The notes below the pieces were generated by a model. The model ran no database searches. It saw only the letters and a list, made by a program, of their open reading frames with translations, and had not been told where the DNA came from. A stretch of DNA of 36,703 bases from Candidatus Bipolaricaulota bacterium (GTDB lineage Bacteria; Bipolaricaulota; Bipolaricaulia; UBA7950; UBA9294), in the NCBI GenBank assembly GCA_026390315.1, contig JAPLGE010000069.1:1-36703 (forward strand), written 5' to 3'. Every line of letters starts with the position of its first letter. Positions within the stretch are counted from its first letter, which is position 1. The position numbers and the translations under genes are program-made. Of this stretch, positions 34,482 through 36,703 are shown one piece after another.

Positions 34482-36377
34482 GTGCCGAAGACGATGACGG
34501 AGAAGATCCTCGCCGAGCACATTCGCGAGGGGCGGCTTGAGAAGGGGACCGAAGTCGGCATCAAGATCGACCAGTGCTTGACGCAGGACTCGACCGGGAC
34601 GATGGCGTGGCTTGAGTTCGAGTCGCTGGGTCTCGACAAGGTGAAGGCGGAGGTGGTCGTCTCCTACAGCGACCACACGTCGCTCGGGTTCAAGGGCGAG
34701 TCGACGGACGACCACATCTTCCTCCAGACGATCGCCTCCCACTACGGGGCGAAGTTCTCGAAGAACGGAAACGGCGTCTGCCACCAGGTGCACTACGAGC
34801 GGTTCGGCGTGCCCGGAAAGACGCTCCTCGGATCGGACTCCCACACCCCCACGGCCGGCGGGATCGGGATGCTTGGGATCGGGGCCGGCGGAGCGGACGT
34901 CGCCGTGGCCATGAGCGGAGGCCTCTTCTACGTCGCCGTTCCCAAGGTGATGCAGGTCGTGCTCAAAGGGAAGCTCCCCTGGGGCGTGACGGCCAAGGAC
35001 GTCGCTCTGGAAATCCTGCGGCGGATCACGGTCAAGGGCGGGGTCGGCTACTTCCTCGAGTTCTCCGGTCTGGGCGTGAAGACCCTCTCGGTACCCGAGC
35101 GCGCGACGATCACGAACATGTGCACCGAGACCGGCGCCACCTCCTCCGTCTTCCCTTCGGACCTCGTGACCAAGCGCTTCTTCGAGATGCAGAATAGAGC
35201 GAAGGACTGGGTCGAGTTTGGCCCGGACAAGGGCGCGACCTACGACCAGACCCTCGAGATCGACCTCTCGACGCTCGTCCCGCTCGTTGCCATGCCGGGG
35301 AGCCCGGACAACGTCAAGCCGGTGACCGAGGTCGCGGGGACGAAGGTCGACCAGGTCTTCATCGGCTCGTGCACGAACGGCGGCTACCGCGATATCCGGG
35401 TCACGGCCGAGATGCTCAAAGGGAAGCACGTCTCGCCGGACATCGACGTGATCGTGTCGCCGGGGTCGCGCCAGGCGTGGGAGATGCTCGTCAAGGACGG
35501 AAGCTTCCTCGCTCTGACCGAGGCGGGCGTCCGCATGATCGAGCCAGGCTGCAACGCCTGCATCGGGATCGGCTTTGTCCCGGGCACGAACTCTCTCTCG
35601 CTTCGCACCGTGAACCGCAACTGGAAAGGCCGCGGCGGGAACGAGCTCGGGAAGCTCGCCCTCACGAGCCCCGAAGTGGCGGCGGCTTCCGCCCTCGAGG
35701 GGAAGATCGCCGACCCGCGGAGGCTCCCGCCGGTCGTCGTGCGCGTGACGAAGCTGATCGTCGACGACACGATGATCCTCGAGCCCAAGGGGAAGTCGGT
35801 CGAGATCCGCCGTGCGCCGAACATCGCCAAGATAGCGGCGCCGCGCCCGCTCCCGCCGGTGCTCAAGGGTGAGGTGCTGCTGAAGGTTGGGGACGGCATC
35901 TCGACGGACGCCATCGTCCCGGCCGGCCCGCTCACCCAGCACCTGCGCTCGAACCTCCCCGAGATCGCGAAGTTCACCTTCCACTACGAGGACAAGACCT
36001 TCGCCGCTCGCGCGGCGGAGAAGGGAGGAGGATTCCTCGTCGCGGGCGACAACTACGGCCAGGGCTCGTCGCGCGAGCACGCGGCTCTTGCTCCCTGGCA
36101 GCTCGGGATCAAGGCGGTCTTCGCCAAGAGCTACGCCCGCATCCACCGGGCGAATCTGATCAACGTCGGCATCGTCCCGTTCGTGTGCGACACGACGGGG
36201 ATCGACCAGGGCGACTCCCTTGAGATCGACGTCTCGAACCTGAAGGGGACGCTCCTTCTGCGGAACAAGACCAAGGGGACGACGATCCCGGTCCGTCACG
36301 ACCTCTCCGAGCGCGACATCCGCATGGTCAAGGCGGGCGGACTGCTCGCCATGGGGATCGCGGACCAGAAGAGGTAG
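34482..36377 (+). CDS. Aconitate hydratase (short single-chain type)
   Basis: TQDSTG, DH, GVCHQ, DSHT, three Fe-S Cys (GSCTN, GCNACIG), NRNW, NYGQGSSREHAA. Confidence 0.93.
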   Translation: MPKTMTEKILAEHIREGRLEKGTEVGIKIDQCLTQDSTGTMAWLEFESLGLDKVKAEVVVSYSDHTSLGFKGESTDDHIFLQTIASHYGAKFSKNGNGVCHQVHYERFGVPGKTLLGSDSHTPTAGGIGMLGIGAGGADVAVAMSGGLFYVAVPKVMQVVLKGKLPWGVTAKDVALEILRRITVKGGVGYFLEFSGLGVKTLSVPERATITNMCTETGATSSVFPSDLVTKRFFEMQNRAKDWVEFGPDKGATYDQTLEIDLSTLVPLVAMPGSPDNVKPVTEVAGTKVDQVFIGSCTNGGYRDIRVTAEMLKGKHVSPDIDVIVSPGSRQAWEMLVKDGSFLALTEAGVRMIEPGCNACIGIGFVPGTNSLSLRTVNRNWKGRGGNELGKLALTSPEVAAASALEGKIADPRRLPPVVVRVTKLIVDDTMILEPKGKSVEIRRAPNIAKIAAPRPLPPVLKGEVLLKVGDGISTDAIVPAGPLTQHLRSNLPEIAKFTFHYEDKTFAARAAEKGGGFLVAGDNYGQGSSREHAALAPWQLGIKAVFAKSYARIHRANLINVGIVPFVCDTTGIDQGDSLEIDVSNLKGTLLLRNKTKGTTIPVRHDLSERDIRMVKAGGLLAMGIADQKR

Positions 36378-36382
36378 GAGGA

Positions 36383-36703
36383 ATGAAAGCGGGGCGCGCG
36401 GCCCGGGCCGTGCGCCCCACTCGGCCGACCCACAGCGGCGCGCGAGGAGGCCCTCTGAACACGCTCGAGAAGTGCGTCAGGATCCTCTCCCTCTTCGCGG
36501 ACGGGCGTCCGGTGATGAGCGTCTCCGCGATCGCGCACGGCGTTGAGCTCCCCAAGAGCACAGCCTACCGCTACGTCTCCGCCCTCAAGACCTTCGGTCT
36601 CCTCGAGGAGGACGTGCGCACCGGGGACTACCGCCTGGGCGGGAAGATCCTCGAGCTCGCCGCAAGCGCCAGGCGGCGGGGTCTCGTCGAGATCGCGCTT
36701 CCC
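36383..36703 (+). CDS. IclR-family transcriptional regulator (runs off the window end; absent from the ORF track)
   Basis: SD AGGAGG, ATG 36383, frame open to the window end: NTLEKCVRILSLF...VSAIAHGVELPKSTAYRYVSAL...GDYRLG. Confidence 0.88.
   Translation, partial: MKAGRAARAVRPTRPTHSGARGGPLNTLEKCVRILSLFADGRPVMSVSAIAHGVELPKSTAYRYVSALKTFGLLEEDVRTGDYRLGGKILELAASARRRGLVEIALP

Noticed and set aside
26143-36299. Long antisense or off-frame ORFs (e.g. 26143..27909, 27665..29605 and 34464..36299 on minus; also 17061..18770 and 18291..20069)
   Set aside because: Shadow ORFs of real genes, typical of high-GC DNA; Arg/Gly/Pro-rich with no family motifs.
1-36703. CRISPR arrays, IS elements, integrases, rRNA/tRNA genes
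   Set aside because: No regularly spaced repeats, recombinase/transposase motifs or recognisable structural RNA genes were seen by eye.

Overview
High-GC (roughly 65-70% by eye) bacterial chromosomal segment with about 35 genes and no recognisable rRNA, tRNA, CRISPR array or transposase. The gene set suggests an anaerobe; Candidatus Bipolaricaulota (OP1/Acetothermia) is my best guess, but that is unverified inference. The main feature is a ~12.5-kb same-strand block (21692-34229). It begins with a multi-TM HisKA_3 sensor kinase and two NarL-type response regulators. The second regulator overlaps an unbroken chain of overlapping genes: polyprenyl synthase-hpnH-hpnG-ispG-shc-ispH-yjbQ-hpnC-hpnD-hpnE. 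This is a self-contained, O2-independent C35-hopanoid operon with its own MEP terminal enzymes and an unexplained YjbQ protein. Other notable items: (1) a CIRCE-preceded operon encoding a ClpB-like Hsp100 lacking both the middle domain and the ClpP-docking loop, coupled to a thioredoxin reductase lacking NADPH-binding motifs; (2) a divergent promoter region (2600-3110) with two structured 5' leaders; (3) a frameshifted Cys/Pro-rich double Ig/PKD-like membrane-anchored protein beside a TlpA thioredoxin and a DUF1573-rhodanese fusion; (4) frameshifted chrA and tauE-like genes. The rest is housekeeping (yajC-secD, holA, rnhA, ybaK, transketolase N-subunit, aconitase, IclR regulator).
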